The notes beneath the pieces were generated by a model. That model was not told where the DNA came from. It did not search any database and was given only the letters and a program-made list of their open reading frames with translations. Source: Parvibaculaceae bacterium (GTDB taxonomy: Bacteria > Pseudomonadota > Alphaproteobacteria > RS24 > CBDDDD01). From it: 64,000 nucleotides of DNA. The translations under genes and the position numbers were made by a program. Positions within the stretch are counted from its first letter, which is position 1. Every line of letters begins with the position of its first letter. Positions 38,234 to 48,308 of the stretch are shown in pieces. The DNA is taken from contig OZ245362.1 in assembly GCA_965226465.1 (NCBI GenBank), positions 411,566 through 475,565 on the forward strand, read 5' to 3'.

Positions 38234-39625
38234 ATGGCAGAGCAAAGCTTTGATGTTGTTGTGATTGGATCTGGTCCTGGAGGCTATGTTGCCGCTATAC
38301 GAGCTGCTCAGCTTGGAAAAAAAACTGCAGTGATAGAGCGTGATGCACTGGGTGGCATTTGCCTCAATTGGGGCTGTATCCCTACAAAAGCCCTGCTACA
38401 AAGCGCACATGTCTATCACCAATTGCAAAGATTGCAAGAATATGGGCTTTCTGCCCAGAAACCTGCCTTTTCTTTAGAAAAAATTGTAGAGCGCAGCCGC
38501 AGCATTTCTGCCAAATTATCAGGGGGTATTCGTTATTTGCTTAAAAAGAACAAAGTGGAGCTTATTGAAGGGGAAGGGAAGCTAATAGGCAAAAATGAGA
38601 TAGAGATTGGCAAGAAAAAGGTAAAGGCAAAACATATTATTTTGGCAACAGGAGCCAGAGCCCGCAGTTTTCCAGGAATTGAGCCTGATGGTAAGCATAT
38701 CTGGTCCTATAAAGAGGCGCTTTTACCTGATAGCCTGCCGAAAAAGCTACTTGTAGTAGGATCTGGAGCAATTGGTGTAGAGTTTGCCAGTTTTTTCAAT
38801 GCATTAGGTACAAAAGTAACGATTATAGAGCTTTTGGATAGAATTGTGCCTGCAGAGGATGAAGAAATATCAAATATTGCAAAGAAAGAGTTTGAAAAAC
38901 AAGGAGTTAAAATATTTACTTCAACTAAAGTATCAAATATAAAAACAACAGCTTCAGGGGTAACCGCAGAGATAAGTTCAAAAGAGGGTAAGCTAAGCAA
39001 GGAAAGTTTTGACCGTGCCATTATTGCTGTTGGCGTTCTAGGAAATATTGAAAATCTGGGGCTGGATAAAGTCGGGATAAAAACAGAAAACAACCAGATT
39101 TGCGTTAACGCTCTTTGCCAGACCAATACACCCAATATTTATGCAATTGGTGATGTAGCCGGTGCCCCCTGGTTGGCTCATAAGGCAAGCCATGAAGGCG
39201 TGTTGGTGGCAGAGCATATTGCAGGGAAATCCCCTCATACACTTTGCCGTACCCATATTCCAGGCTGTACGTATAGCTTTCCGCAAATTGCTTCTATTGG
39301 TATGAACGAGTTGGAGGCAAAGGAAAAATTAGGAGCAAAGGGAATTAAAGTTGGGCGGGCTCCTTTTCAGGGTAATGGTAAGGCTTTGGCATTAGGGGAG
39401 AGCGAAGGGCTGATTAAGACCATATTTGATGCTAAAACAGGAGAGCTTTTAGGAGCCCATATGATAGGTCCTGAGGTTACGGAGTTAATACAGGGATTTG
39501 TGGTAGCTCGTGCTCTGGAGGCTACGGAGGAGGCACTTATGGGAACCATCTGGCCGCATCCCACGCTCTCTGAGGCTATGCATGAAAGTGTGTTGGAGGC
39601 ATTTGATCAACCGATTAATCTATAG
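38234..39625 (+). CDS. lpdA: Dihydrolipoamide dehydrogenase E3
   Basis: GSGPGGY, GGICLNWGCIPTK, HPTLSE motifs. Confidence 0.98.
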   Translation: MAEQSFDVVVIGSGPGGYVAAIRAAQLGKKTAVIERDALGGICLNWGCIPTKALLQSAHVYHQLQRLQEYGLSAQKPAFSLEKIVERSRSISAKLSGGIRYLLKKNKVELIEGEGKLIGKNEIEIGKKKVKAKHIILATGARARSFPGIEPDGKHIWSYKEALLPDSLPKKLLVVGSGAIGVEFASFFNALGTKVTIIELLDRIVPAEDEEISNIAKKEFEKQGVKIFTSTKVSNIKTTASGVTAEISSKEGKLSKESFDRAIIAVGVLGNIENLGLDKVGIKTENNQICVNALCQTNTPNIYAIGDVAGAPWLAHKASHEGVLVAEHIAGKSPHTLCRTHIPGCTYSFPQIASIGMNELEAKEKLGAKGIKVGRAPFQGNGKALALGESEGLIKTIFDAKTGELLGAHMIGPEVTELIQGFVVARALEATEEALMGTIWPHPTLSEAMHESVLEAFDQPINL

Positions 39626-39632
39626 GTAAAAA

Positions 39633-40583
39633 ATGGCAGTAATTGTAGATATTATGAAACAACGCCTAAGGCATCCTGAAAAGGCGCATAAGCCTGATAC
39701 GCCTATTTTACGAAAGCCTGACTGGATACGGGTGAAATCGCCTAACTCTCCTGCTTATGCCGAGACCAGCCGTATCATTCGTGAGAATAAATTGGTAACG
39801 GTTTGCCAAGAGGCAGCTTGTCCCAATATTGGTGAATGCTGGGCAAAAGGTCATGCGACTATGATGATTATGGGGGATATCTGCACGCGTGCCTGTGCTT
39901 TTTGTAATGTACGCACAGGAAAGCCAATTGCTCTTGATAAGGATGAGCCCCAACGTGTTGCAGATGCTGTTGCTAAGCTTGAACTTAATCATGTGGTGAT
40001 TACTTCCGTAGACCGTGATGATCTGGAAGATGGCGGTGCCCAACATTTTGCAGATGTGATTGCAGCCATCCGTAAATGCTCCCCTAATACGACTATTGAA
40101 ATTTTAACTCCTGACTTCTTACGCAAGGAGGGTGCATTAGAAATTGTTGTTGAGGCAAAACCGGATGTTTTTAATCATAATCTGGAAACCGTGCCACGCC
40201 TTTATTTAACAATACGTCCAGGCGCTCGCTATTTCCATTCTTTGCGTTTGCTCCAGCGTGTGCGCGAGTTAGACCCCAATATGTTCACGAAATCCGGGAT
40301 TATGGTCGGACTTGGTGAAACGCGTGAGGAGGTGTTGCAGATTATGGATGATATGCGCACTGCCAATGTAGATTTCATCACCATTGGGCAATATCTCCAG
40401 CCTACACGCAAACATGCGGCTGTTGATAGATATTTACCGCCTAATGAGTTTCTGACCTATGAAAAGACCGCATGGGCAAAAGGTTTTTTGATGGTGTCTG
40501 CAAGCCCTCTGACCCGCTCCTCGCATCATGCAGGGGAAGATTTTGCTCGCCTTCGTGCTGCTCGTGAAAAGCAAAATGGATGA
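39633..40583 (+). CDS. lipA: Lipoyl synthase
   Basis: [12 protein letters not shown] and CTRACAFC motifs. Confidence 0.98.
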   Translation: MAVIVDIMKQRLRHPEKAHKPDTPILRKPDWIRVKSPNSPAYAETSRIIRENKLVTVCQEAACPNIGECWAKGHATMMIMGDICTRACAFCNVRTGKPIALDKDEPQRVADAVAKLELNHVVITSVDRDDLEDGGAQHFADVIAAIRKCSPNTTIEILTPDFLRKEGALEIVVEAKPDVFNHNLETVPRLYLTIRPGARYFHSLRLLQRVRELDPNMFTKSGIMVGLGETREEVLQIMDDMRTANVDFITIGQYLQPTRKHAAVDRYLPPNEFLTYEKTAWAKGFLMVSASPLTRSSHHAGEDFARLRAAREKQNG

Positions 40584-41031
40584 TAAAAGCGTAAAATTTT
40601 CCCGTACGCTTTCTTATACATCGGAGCAAATGTTTGCTCTTGTTGCTGATATTGATAGCTATTCCGATTTTCTTCCCTTTTGTAATATTTCTAATGTTCA
40701 AAAAAGAGAACAAAAGGCAGAAGGGGAGTGGTTAGAGGCCATTCTTGGTATTTCCTATAAGTTTATTAAAGAGCAATATACAAGCCGTATATTGCTGGAT
40801 AAAAAAAATATGCAGATTAAAGTTGAGCAAATCTCAGGACCATTAAAATATTTATATAATTTCTGGAACTTCTCTGATGTTGAGGAAGGTTGTGAAATAA
40901 GTTGCGAAATATGTTTTAGCTTTAAGAGCCGTTTCTTGGCCATGATTTTAGAGCCTTTTTTAATGAAGGCCGGGGAGATGATGATTAATGCATTTGAGAA
41001 ACGTGCTATGGAGTTTTATGATAGCAATTGA
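40576..41031 (+). CDS. RatA/Coq10-like START-domain protein
   Basis: [19 protein letters not shown] ... AFEKRA signature; usual neighbour of lipA. Start taken at ATG 40576, overlapping the lipA stop. Confidence 0.85.
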   Translation: MDDKSVKFSRTLSYTSEQMFALVADIDSYSDFLPFCNISNVQKREQKAEGEWLEAILGISYKFIKEQYTSRILLDKKNMQIKVEQISGPLKYLYNFWNFSDVEEGCEISCEICFSFKSRFLAMILEPFLMKAGEMMINAFEKRAMEFYDSN

Positions 41032-41486
41032 TTGAGAAGGGCAAGCGCAGCTTCTACACTTTCCTGTCTTATTTTTAATCTTGTACCGGAAAAATGACAT
41101 TCTTTGTGCAAGGTGCCCTCTTTACTGGCAGCTGCAATATGCACCAGTCCTACAGGCTTTTCTCTGCTACCGCCTTTCGGCCCAGCAATACCTGTAATGC
41201 TTACAGCAATATCTGCATCTGCTTTTTCTCTTGCCCCTGTGGCCATAGCAAGGGCAACTTCTTTGCTGACGGCTCCTTTTTCTTGTAAAAGGGCAGGGGA
41301 AACGCCAAGAAGGTCAGTTTTTGCTTGATTGGAATAGGTAACAAAGCCACGTTCAAATACCTGACTTGCTCCTGCAATATCGGTAAGTGTTGCAGCAACC
41401 ATACCGCCGGTACAGCTTTCCGCCGTTGTAATGCGTATGGCTTTTTGGCATGCGGCTTCTATAATTTGTCCGGCAAGTTCGTTCAT
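41016..41486 (-). CDS. cinA: CinA C-terminal domain / NMN amidohydrolase (PncC-like)
   Basis: AESCTGG, GFVTYSN.AK, GAVS, SITGIAGP.GG, KPVGLV motifs. Confidence 0.92.
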   Translation of the reverse strand: MNELAGQIIEAACQKAIRITTAESCTGGMVAATLTDIAGASQVFERGFVTYSNQAKTDLLGVSPALLQEKGAVSKEVALAMATGAREKADADIAVSITGIAGPKGGSREKPVGLVHIAAASKEGTLHKECHFSGTRLKIRQESVEAALALLNQLLS

Positions 41487-41980
41487 AATAATTTTGCGCC
41501 CAGCACAAGGTAAATAAGTCCTGCTGCCATGCTTCCTGCTATTACATCATCCAACATGATACCAATTGCATCTTTACGCCTGTCGGCTAGATATACCGGC
41601 CAGGGTTTTATAATGTCAAAAAATCGAAATAAGCAAAATGCAATTGCCAGAGAGAATATATCCAGACCATAAGGTGCAATGGCAGCCATAGCAATCCATT
41701 GCCCAACAAGCTCATCAATAATAATGCTTTGCGGATCGCTGTCTTTAGGGCTTGCTATTAACCATCTATGGCTTGCCCATAGACCGGTGCAGAGAGCGAT
41801 TAAAATCGCAATCAGCAATACCCAAAGGGGGGCATAATGATAAATGGCATAGCCTGTGGGTAGCGCTATTAAAGACCCTATTGTGCCCGGCATTTTACGG
41901 ACAAAGCCAATACCGGCAAGGCTTGCTAGGAACACTGAAGGATACCAAAGGCGTAAGGAGGGGGGAATTTTTTGGAACAT
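41483..41980 (-). CDS. pgpA: Phosphatidylglycerophosphatase A
   Basis: PGTIGS, DPQSIIIDELVGQW, LFRFFDIIKPWP, GIMLDDVIAG motifs. Start taken at ATG 41980, coupled to the ispDF stop. Confidence 0.93.
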   Translation of the reverse strand: MFQKIPPSLRLWYPSVFLASLAGIGFVRKMPGTIGSLIALPTGYAIYHYAPLWVLLIAILIALCTGLWASHRWLIASPKDSDPQSIIIDELVGQWIAMAAIAPYGLDIFSLAIAFCLFRFFDIIKPWPVYLADRRKDAIGIMLDDVIAGSMAAGLIYLVLGAKLL

Positions 41981-43104
41981 TATTTTTTTTCCCTTACACT
42001 GAGGATAATTTGAGCGGCAATTCCTTCTCCCCGACCTGTCCAACCCATGCCTTCTGTTGTAGATGCTTTTAGCCCGATATTTGCAGGCGATATATCAAGA
42101 AGGCTGGAAATTTCTTTTTGTATTGATTGAGCATGTGGCGATATAGAAGGAGCCTGGCAGATAATGGTGCAATCAACATGTATTATCTCAATCCCTTTTT
42201 CTTTTACCAGCCGTAAAGCATGTTGAACGAAATCCTTTGAGTTTCTATTTTTATTTTCTGGCTTACTATCAGGGAAATGTGTGCCGATATCCCCTGCACC
42301 AATTGTACCAAGCAAGGCATCCGTCAGGGCATGGAGAAGAACATCTCCGTCAGAATGGCTTTCAATACCATGCGTGTGGGGAATATTGATGCCGCCTACT
42401 ATAATTTTATTTCCTTCAGAAAAAGAGTGAGCATCAAAACCGCTTGTTGTTTTATAGTGCATTTCTTCTCCAAAATCCTGGGGATAGGTTAGTTTACGAT
42501 TTTTCACTTCTCCTGCAATGCTTGTTATTTTCATATCTGCCTGCTCGGCAATCGTGCTGTCATCATCGGCTTCTATCTGTGCGTTTTGATAAGCAGTAAG
42601 GATAGATTTGAAATGAAATGCCTGCGGTGTTTGTACCAAAGCATATTCTTGGCGTGGGAGGCTGTTTATCTGGTTATTTTTCATTTGTTTTAGGCTATCT
42701 GTCATTGGTAATAAGGGGATAATTGCTTCTTCTTTTTTCAGTTTTTCTAATAAGGCATCCAGCATATTATTGGAGAAAAAAGGGCGCGCAGCGTCATGGA
42801 TGAGTACATAATCCGGATTATATTTTGCAATTGCTTCCAGTCCCGAATATGCAGATTGTTGACGGCGCAATCCGCCATAGGCAGAAGGGAAGCATTTCTC
42901 AATATTTTTTGAAGCCTGCTCATAATATTTTTCATCCCCCTTAGCAATCATTGTGCAAATGCCATTAATTTTTGGATGTTTGCTTAAGCGCAGCAGGCTA
43001 TGGCGAAGCATAGCAATGCCTTCTATAGGCATATATGCCTTAGGAAGGGTCTGCTTTGAACGCTCTCCCTTACCTGCTGCCAGAATAAGAGCAATGGTTT
43101 TCAT
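41980..43104 (-). CDS. ispDF: Bifunctional IspD/IspF (MEP pathway)
   Basis: LAAGKGER, IHDAARP, VQTPQAF (IspD); GFDAH, HSDGDVLLHALTDALLG, GRGEGIAA (IspF). Confidence 0.95.
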   Translation of the reverse strand: MKTIALILAAGKGERSKQTLPKAYMPIEGIAMLRHSLLRLSKHPKINGICTMIAKGDEKYYEQASKNIEKCFPSAYGGLRRQQSAYSGLEAIAKYNPDYVLIHDAARPFFSNNMLDALLEKLKKEEAIIPLLPMTDSLKQMKNNQINSLPRQEYALVQTPQAFHFKSILTAYQNAQIEADDDSTIAEQADMKITSIAGEVKNRKLTYPQDFGEEMHYKTTSGFDAHSFSEGNKIIVGGINIPHTHGIESHSDGDVLLHALTDALLGTIGAGDIGTHFPDSKPENKNRNSKDFVQHALRLVKEKGIEIIHVDCTIICQAPSISPHAQSIQKEISSLLDISPANIGLKASTTEGMGWTGRGEGIAAQIILSVREKK

Positions 43105-43140
43105 AGAAGCAGTCTACCCTTTTCTTATAAATTTTACGAG

Positions 43141-44946
43141 TTAATGCTTTTCTTTTCCCCACCAGCTATCCGGTCTTATACCATAAAGAGAATGCTGAGC
43201 CGGCATTGCAATGTGGTTCCAATAGGCAAGCCATTGATGCTTCTGGTAATAAAGGGGAATAAAATATGTTCCTGACATGAGCAAACGATCTAAAGCACGA
43301 GTAGCATCGGTGAACTCGTCTCTGTTTTTGGCAGCAAGCAAATATTCTATCATCCTGTCTATCCCCTTATGCTTAATTCCTGCATAATTACGGCTACCTT
43401 TCGTATTGGCAGCATCTGAGCTCCAATAGAATAATTGCTCATTTCCAGGAGATAGAGAGGCATAATAACGATAGAAAATCATATCAAAATCAAAATCTGT
43501 AAGCCGCTGTTGATATTGACTGGAATCAACATAGCGGATGTGAGGCTCTATGCCTGCACGTTTTAGCATGCTGGCATAGCTAAGTGCCAGGCGTTCATCC
43601 TGTTTATTGACTACCAATAATTCAAAAGAAAAGGGTTGTTGTGTTTTTTTATTTATTAGCACACCTTTTTTTATTGTATAGCCTGCTTTACTAAGTAATT
43701 GTAATGCCTCCCGCCTTGCTTTGCGGTTATAACCATCTCCGCGGGTTTTGGGAGCGGTATAGCCATTTTTTAAAATTTCTTTTTCTACCTTATATGGTTT
43801 CAGCCATTTTCTCTCCGTTGAGCTTGCTGCTACATTATGGGAAGAGAGAGGGGAATTATCAAAATAGCTTTGTGTACGGATAAAGCTGTTATTATAAAGA
43901 TTCTTATTAATCCATTCAAAATCAAATAAAAGCTCCAAGGCTTTCCTTACCCGAACATCCTTAAATATATCGCGCCTGGTATTAAAAACCAGTGCGTTTA
44001 ATCCGGAGGGAAGAGAGGTTACAATTTTTTTCTTTAAGACTTTTCTCTCTTTTACAGCCTGAAATCCAAATTGTTCGCTCCAGCGTGTAGGATCGCTTCC
44101 AACCCAAATATCCGATTTTCCTGCCTTAAAGGCTTCAAAAGAAGTGTTTTTGTCACGGTAATATTCGCGGATAATTTCTTTAAATGCAAAACGCCCCTTA
44201 TTCACATTAAGATTCTTGCCCCAATATTCAGGATTTTGTTTAAGAACCATGCGGGAAGGAACATCAAATGAAGAAACAATATAGGGACCGGAGCCAAGTG
44301 GAGGGCGGAGATTTACCTCATCAAATCGTATATTTTCATAATAATGTTTTGGTAATACAACCATTAGCCCGATAATGAGGGGAAGCTCCCTGTCATTTTT
44401 TTCTTTAAAGAAAAAGCGGATAGCGTGCTTTCCTATACGCTCATAGTGAGAGACTTTATTATAATAAAACCGGTGGTTTGGACGACCTTCTTTTCTTAAA
44501 AGATTAAAAGTGAATATAACATCTTTCACGCCCAATCGGGTGCCATCGGAAAACCGTGCCTTGGGGTTCATCCAAAATGTAACAGAGCTACGGTCTTCAG
44601 GAATTTCTAGTTTTTCTGCAAGCAGTCCATAAAGAGAGAAGGGTTCATCATAGTTACGAGCTGTAAGGCGCTCAAAAACAAAGTCAACAAGACCTTTCGC
44701 TGCATTTCCCCTTGTGACGAAAGGATTGAAATTATCAAAACTTCCAATTTCAGCAAGCCGTAAGGTGCCTGCATGGTCTATATTGGGTTGCGTATAGGGA
44801 AAATGTGAAAACCCCTCCTCTAAGGCAGGCTTGCCATGCATTGCTATTCCATGAGCCGGCATGGCATTGGAGGGGGAAGTACTGCTATTTGCTACAATAA
44901 AACAGACCAGCAAAAGGCAAATGAAGCAAATCTTACTCTTACACAT
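43141..44946 (-). CDS. ABC transporter extracellular solute-binding protein, family 5 (YejA-like)
   Basis: Signal peptide, HGIAMHGKP, GSFDNFNPF, DEPFSLYGLLA, PLGSGPY, SPGNEQ..YW, RALDRLL motifs. Confidence 0.9.
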   Translation of the reverse strand: MCKSKICFICLLLVCFIVANSSTSPSNAMPAHGIAMHGKPALEEGFSHFPYTQPNIDHAGTLRLAEIGSFDNFNPFVTRGNAAKGLVDFVFERLTARNYDEPFSLYGLLAEKLEIPEDRSSVTFWMNPKARFSDGTRLGVKDVIFTFNLLRKEGRPNHRFYYNKVSHYERIGKHAIRFFFKEKNDRELPLIIGLMVVLPKHYYENIRFDEVNLRPPLGSGPYIVSSFDVPSRMVLKQNPEYWGKNLNVNKGRFAFKEIIREYYRDKNTSFEAFKAGKSDIWVGSDPTRWSEQFGFQAVKERKVLKKKIVTSLPSGLNALVFNTRRDIFKDVRVRKALELLFDFEWINKNLYNNSFIRTQSYFDNSPLSSHNVAASSTERKWLKPYKVEKEILKNGYTAPKTRGDGYNRKARREALQLLSKAGYTIKKGVLINKKTQQPFSFELLVVNKQDERLALSYASMLKRAGIEPHIRYVDSSQYQQRLTDFDFDMIFYRYYASLSPGNEQLFYWSSDAANTKGSRNYAGIKHKGIDRMIEYLLAAKNRDEFTDATRALDRLLMSGTYFIPLYYQKHQWLAYWNHIAMPAQHSLYGIRPDSWWGKEKH

Positions 44947-45293
44947 TAGCGATAGATACGTTGTGTTGTAACCATTTCTCCGCTAGAGAGGCATTCCATC
45001 ACAATGGTTCCATCATTGACCCATACTTTGATGGTGTATTCCTGCGGAGAGTCCTCTTCCACACGCACGGGGTAGCGACCACGAAGCGGGCTGGTAAGTT
45101 GATTAATTACTTGCTGACAGGCACCAAATTCTATCTGCTGTTTATTCGTATCTTTCACTTTACCTTCACGAGGAAAGCTTTTCTTTTGATATGATTCCAT
45201 AAGCTGTTCAGGGGTAAAAACTTTTTCTGCCTTTGCTTCTGCTATAAAACTGCCAAGTAGAAATATGATGCTTATTCCTATTTTTGTGTACAT
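44946..45293 (-). CDS. Hypothetical exported protein (115 aa)
   Basis: SD-like GAGAG, signal peptide ending AKA/E, stop coupled to the start of the solute-binding protein. No family recognised. Confidence 0.7.
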   Translation of the reverse strand: MYTKIGISIIFLLGSFIAEAKAEKVFTPEQLMESYQKKSFPREGKVKDTNKQQIEFGACQQVINQLTSPLRGRYPVRVEEDSPQEYTIKVWVNDGTIVMECLSSGEMVTTQRIYR

Positions 45294-45409
45294 AATTATA
45301 CTCTCTTTTTCCTAACGTTAAGGGGGGTTAGACTATCCTAAGGGTTAGCTATAAAAAGGCAATAGTTTTTTCTTGCTTAGGCTTGTGCTAATAGGGGCAA
45401 GTGAAAAGT

Positions 45410-45499
45410 GGATGGGTGGCCGAGTGGTTGAAGGCACTGGTCTTGAAAACCAGCAGGTGTTCACGCATCTCGTGGGTTCGAATCCCACCCCATCCGCCA
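45410..45499 (+). tRNA. tRNA-Ser (anticodon UGA)
   Basis: GGATGGG/CCCATCC acceptor stem, anticodon arm CTGGT-CTTGAAA-ACCAG, long variable arm, GGTTCGAATCC T-arm, encoded CCA. Confidence 0.97.
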
Positions 45500-45578
45500 T
45501 TTGAATGTTATTCTTACTATTTGGCAAATAGGTAGAGAAAGGATATATTCTGCCAGAACTTGATAAGAGAGAATCATT

Positions 45579-46499
45579 TTGCAAAAAATTTTATACAGAA
45601 CATCTCTTTTGCTGATTATGGGAGGCGTCTTGTTTGCCTGTGCATCCTATAGTACGGATACGGCGCGGCAGGCAAGAAATAGTGCAGGGGGAGTATATAA
45701 GATAGGCACGCCCTATGTAATTGATGGGAAGAGTTATATCCCAAAGGTGGATACCAGCTATGACAAGATTGGCGCCGCCTCCTGGTATGGTGGGGAAGAC
45801 CATGGCGATTTGACAGCAAATGGTGAAAGATTTGATATGAATGGTTTGACGGCAGCCCATCCGACATTGCCCATGCCAATCCATGTCAGGGTAACAAATC
45901 TTGAAAATAATCGTTCTCTTATTTTAAGGGTCAATGATAGAGGACCCTTTAAGCGAGGCCGTGAAATAGATTTATCCCGCCGGGCAGCCGAGATACTTGG
46001 TTTCAAGGATAAGGGAACAGCAAAAGTGCGGGTTCAATATATAGGACCCGCTCCTCTTTATGATAAGGATGGGGTGAAGGTATTAGGAAAAAAAGCAGTG
46101 GTCAGCTTTTTTTCTAAAGCACCCAAAACGGAGGAACGGTTCCGTGCTGTAAATGCCGCTCCTGTTTCACCCGTGACCATAAGCCCTATGGGAAAGAAAG
46201 AAGATACATATCAGACAAAAGGGAGAGTTTCCATTCCCCTCATGCGTAATCAAATTGTCATTGACCCTGAAGGGCGGTTTTTTGTACAGGCAGGTGCTTT
46301 TTCCGATAGAAATAATGCGTATCTTATCCATAAGCGTTTAGAAGGGTTTCCAGGCCTTGAACTATATGCAGCAGAGAAGAATGGCACAAAGCTGTGGCGT
46401 GTGCTATTAGGACCTTTTGGAGAGCGTGGCATGGCAGAGAAATTATTGCACCTTATATTGGAACAGGGGCATCATGATGCTTTCATTATGACGCAATAA
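45579..46499 (+). CDS. rlpA: Septal ring lytic transglycosylase RlpA (lipoprotein, DPBB plus SPOR domains)
   Basis: Lipobox LFAC, YKIG.PY, ASWYG, TANGE, AAHPTLP, RVNDRGPF; C-terminal VQAGAF SPOR domain. Confidence 0.93.
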   Translation: MQKILYRTSLLLIMGGVLFACASYSTDTARQARNSAGGVYKIGTPYVIDGKSYIPKVDTSYDKIGAASWYGGEDHGDLTANGERFDMNGLTAAHPTLPMPIHVRVTNLENNRSLILRVNDRGPFKRGREIDLSRRAAEILGFKDKGTAKVRVQYIGPAPLYDKDGVKVLGKKAVVSFFSKAPKTEERFRAVNAAPVSPVTISPMGKKEDTYQTKGRVSIPLMRNQIVIDPEGRFFVQAGAFSDRNNAYLIHKRLEGFPGLELYAAEKNGTKLWRVLLGPFGERGMAEKLLHLILEQGHHDAFIMTQ

Positions 46500-46534
46500 T
46501 AGGCTAAAATCATGAAGATAAAGGTCAAAAAATT

Positions 46535-47695
46535 ATGAAAAAAGCAGGGCGATATATAATATTTATAGGGGTATTATTAGGGCTGGCATTGTCTTTTACC
46601 AGGCTGGAAGCACAACTTTTACAGACCAAAGCCGAGCAGGCTTTTCTGATGGATGCCTATAGCGGAGTGGTGCTTTTGGAAAAAGATTCCGATGTGCTTA
46701 TGTCCCCTGCAAGCATGAGCAAGCTTATGACCAGCCTGTTGGTATTTGAAGCATTGGAAGATGGGCGTATTAAGCTTGGCGATTTATTCCTTGTCAGTGA
46801 TAATGCCTGGAAAAAAGGGGGAGCCCCATCGGGGGGGTCTACCATGTTTGCCAAGAGGGGATCGCGTGTGCCAGTGGACGCTTTATTGCGTGGTGTTATT
46901 GTGCAGTCAGGCAATGATGCCAGTATTGTGCTTGCTGAGGGACTTGCTGGCAGTGAAGAAGTTTTTTCCCGTCATATGACCGAGCGGGCACATGAATTGG
47001 GGCTAACAAAATCCAGCTTTGTCAATGCAACTGGCTGGCCAGATCCCGGACAAAAAATGACAGCGCGTGAGCTTGCTGTTCTTGCTAAATATATCATCAA
47101 AAATTATCCGCAATATTATGGCATGTATTCTGAAAAATCATTCACATGGAATGATATTAAACAGCAAAATCGTAACCCTCTGCTCTATGCCAATATTGGA
47201 GCGGACGGGCTTAAAACCGGACATACGAAAGAATCTGGCTATGGTTTGGTTGCCTCTGCCGTATCCGGTGAAAGGCGGCTTATTCTGGTAATTAATGGTC
47301 TAAAGAGCAAACAAGACCGTGCCCAAGAAGCACAGCGCATTATGAATTGGGGGTTCCGCAATTTTAATAATTATAAAATATTTGACCGTGAGGAGGGCGT
47401 ATTGCGTGCTCCTGTTTGGCATGGTGAATATAGAACCGTTCCTCTTATTGCACAGAAACAATTTAGTGCAGTCATTCCTCGCCGCTTATTCCGAAAAATG
47501 TCTGTAAGCGTAGAATATAAATCCCCCCTGATTGCTCCTTTGAAAAAAGGTGAGGTTGTTGGTGAGGCGCGCGTATTTGTACCAGGCATGGAACCACAAA
47601 AAGTACCTGTTGTGATAGGCATGGATATGGAGCGCAAAGGATTTTTTAGAAGAACTTTCTCATCTCTCATTTATCTTACTCTGGGCAAGATATGA
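46535..47695 (+). CDS. dacA: D-alanyl-D-alanine carboxypeptidase (PBP5/6 family)
   Basis: PASMSKLMT (SxxK), SGNDA (SxN), DGLKTG (KTG). Confidence 0.93.
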   Translation: MKKAGRYIIFIGVLLGLALSFTRLEAQLLQTKAEQAFLMDAYSGVVLLEKDSDVLMSPASMSKLMTSLLVFEALEDGRIKLGDLFLVSDNAWKKGGAPSGGSTMFAKRGSRVPVDALLRGVIVQSGNDASIVLAEGLAGSEEVFSRHMTERAHELGLTKSSFVNATGWPDPGQKMTARELAVLAKYIIKNYPQYYGMYSEKSFTWNDIKQQNRNPLLYANIGADGLKTGHTKESGYGLVASAVSGERRLILVINGLKSKQDRAQEAQRIMNWGFRNFNNYKIFDREEGVLRAPVWHGEYRTVPLIAQKQFSAVIPRRLFRKMSVSVEYKSPLIAPLKKGEVVGEARVFVPGMEPQKVPVVIGMDMERKGFFRRTFSSLIYLTLGKI

Positions 47696-47696
47696 T

Positions 47697-48308
47697 ATGG
47701 CAATAGGTAAAGCACGCTTTATCACATTAGAGGGTGCAGATGGCACAGGAAAATCAACCCAGTGCCGTTTATTGGTAGAATATTTGCAAAAAAAAGGGCA
47801 TCAAGTGATTACAACTCACGAGCCATATGGAAAGCTGCGTGAGATTTTGCTTTCACAGAAATGGGAGCCTATGAGTGAAGCATTGCTCATGACGGCAGCA
47901 CGGATACAGCATGTTGCTGAACTTATTTTGCCAGCTTTGCAGAAAGGGCAATGGGTCGTTTGTGATAGGTTTCTTGACTCAACTCTTGCCTATCAGGGAA
48001 GCGCAAGAGGGCTTGGCATAGAGCGGATGGAGGCATTGCAGGAAGGCATATTGCGTCCTGATTTGACATTATGGCTAAGCCTTCCTGTGGAGATAAGCCT
48101 TAGACGCTTACAGGAGAGAAAAAAAGAGCAGAACCATAATCATTTTGATTTGGAACCCATTGCCTTTCATGAAAAAGTAGCAAAAGGCTTTTCTGAATGT
48201 GCTGCCCGTGCAGCAGAGCGGTTTCATATAATCAATGCTGATGCCAGCGAAAAAGAAGTATGGGAACGGATTGAGAAAATCATGCAGCAATTTGAGGAAA
48301 AGAAATGA
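47697..48308 (+). CDS. tmk: Thymidylate kinase
   Basis: FITLEGADGTGKSTQ P-loop, CDRFLDSTLAYQG. Confidence 0.95.
   Translation: MAIGKARFITLEGADGTGKSTQCRLLVEYLQKKGHQVITTHEPYGKLREILLSQKWEPMSEALLMTAARIQHVAELILPALQKGQWVVCDRFLDSTLAYQGSARGLGIERMEALQEGILRPDLTLWLSLPVEISLRRLQERKKEQNHNHFDLEPIAFHEKVAKGFSECAARAAERFHIINADASEKEVWERIEKIMQQFEEKK

Noticed and set aside
45410-45499. tRNA-Ser as an island integration site
   Set aside because: No integrase, no duplicated tRNA 3' end seen, and core genes lie downstream.
45345-45584. 79-aa minus-strand ORF
   Set aside because: Antisense shadow of the tRNA gene.
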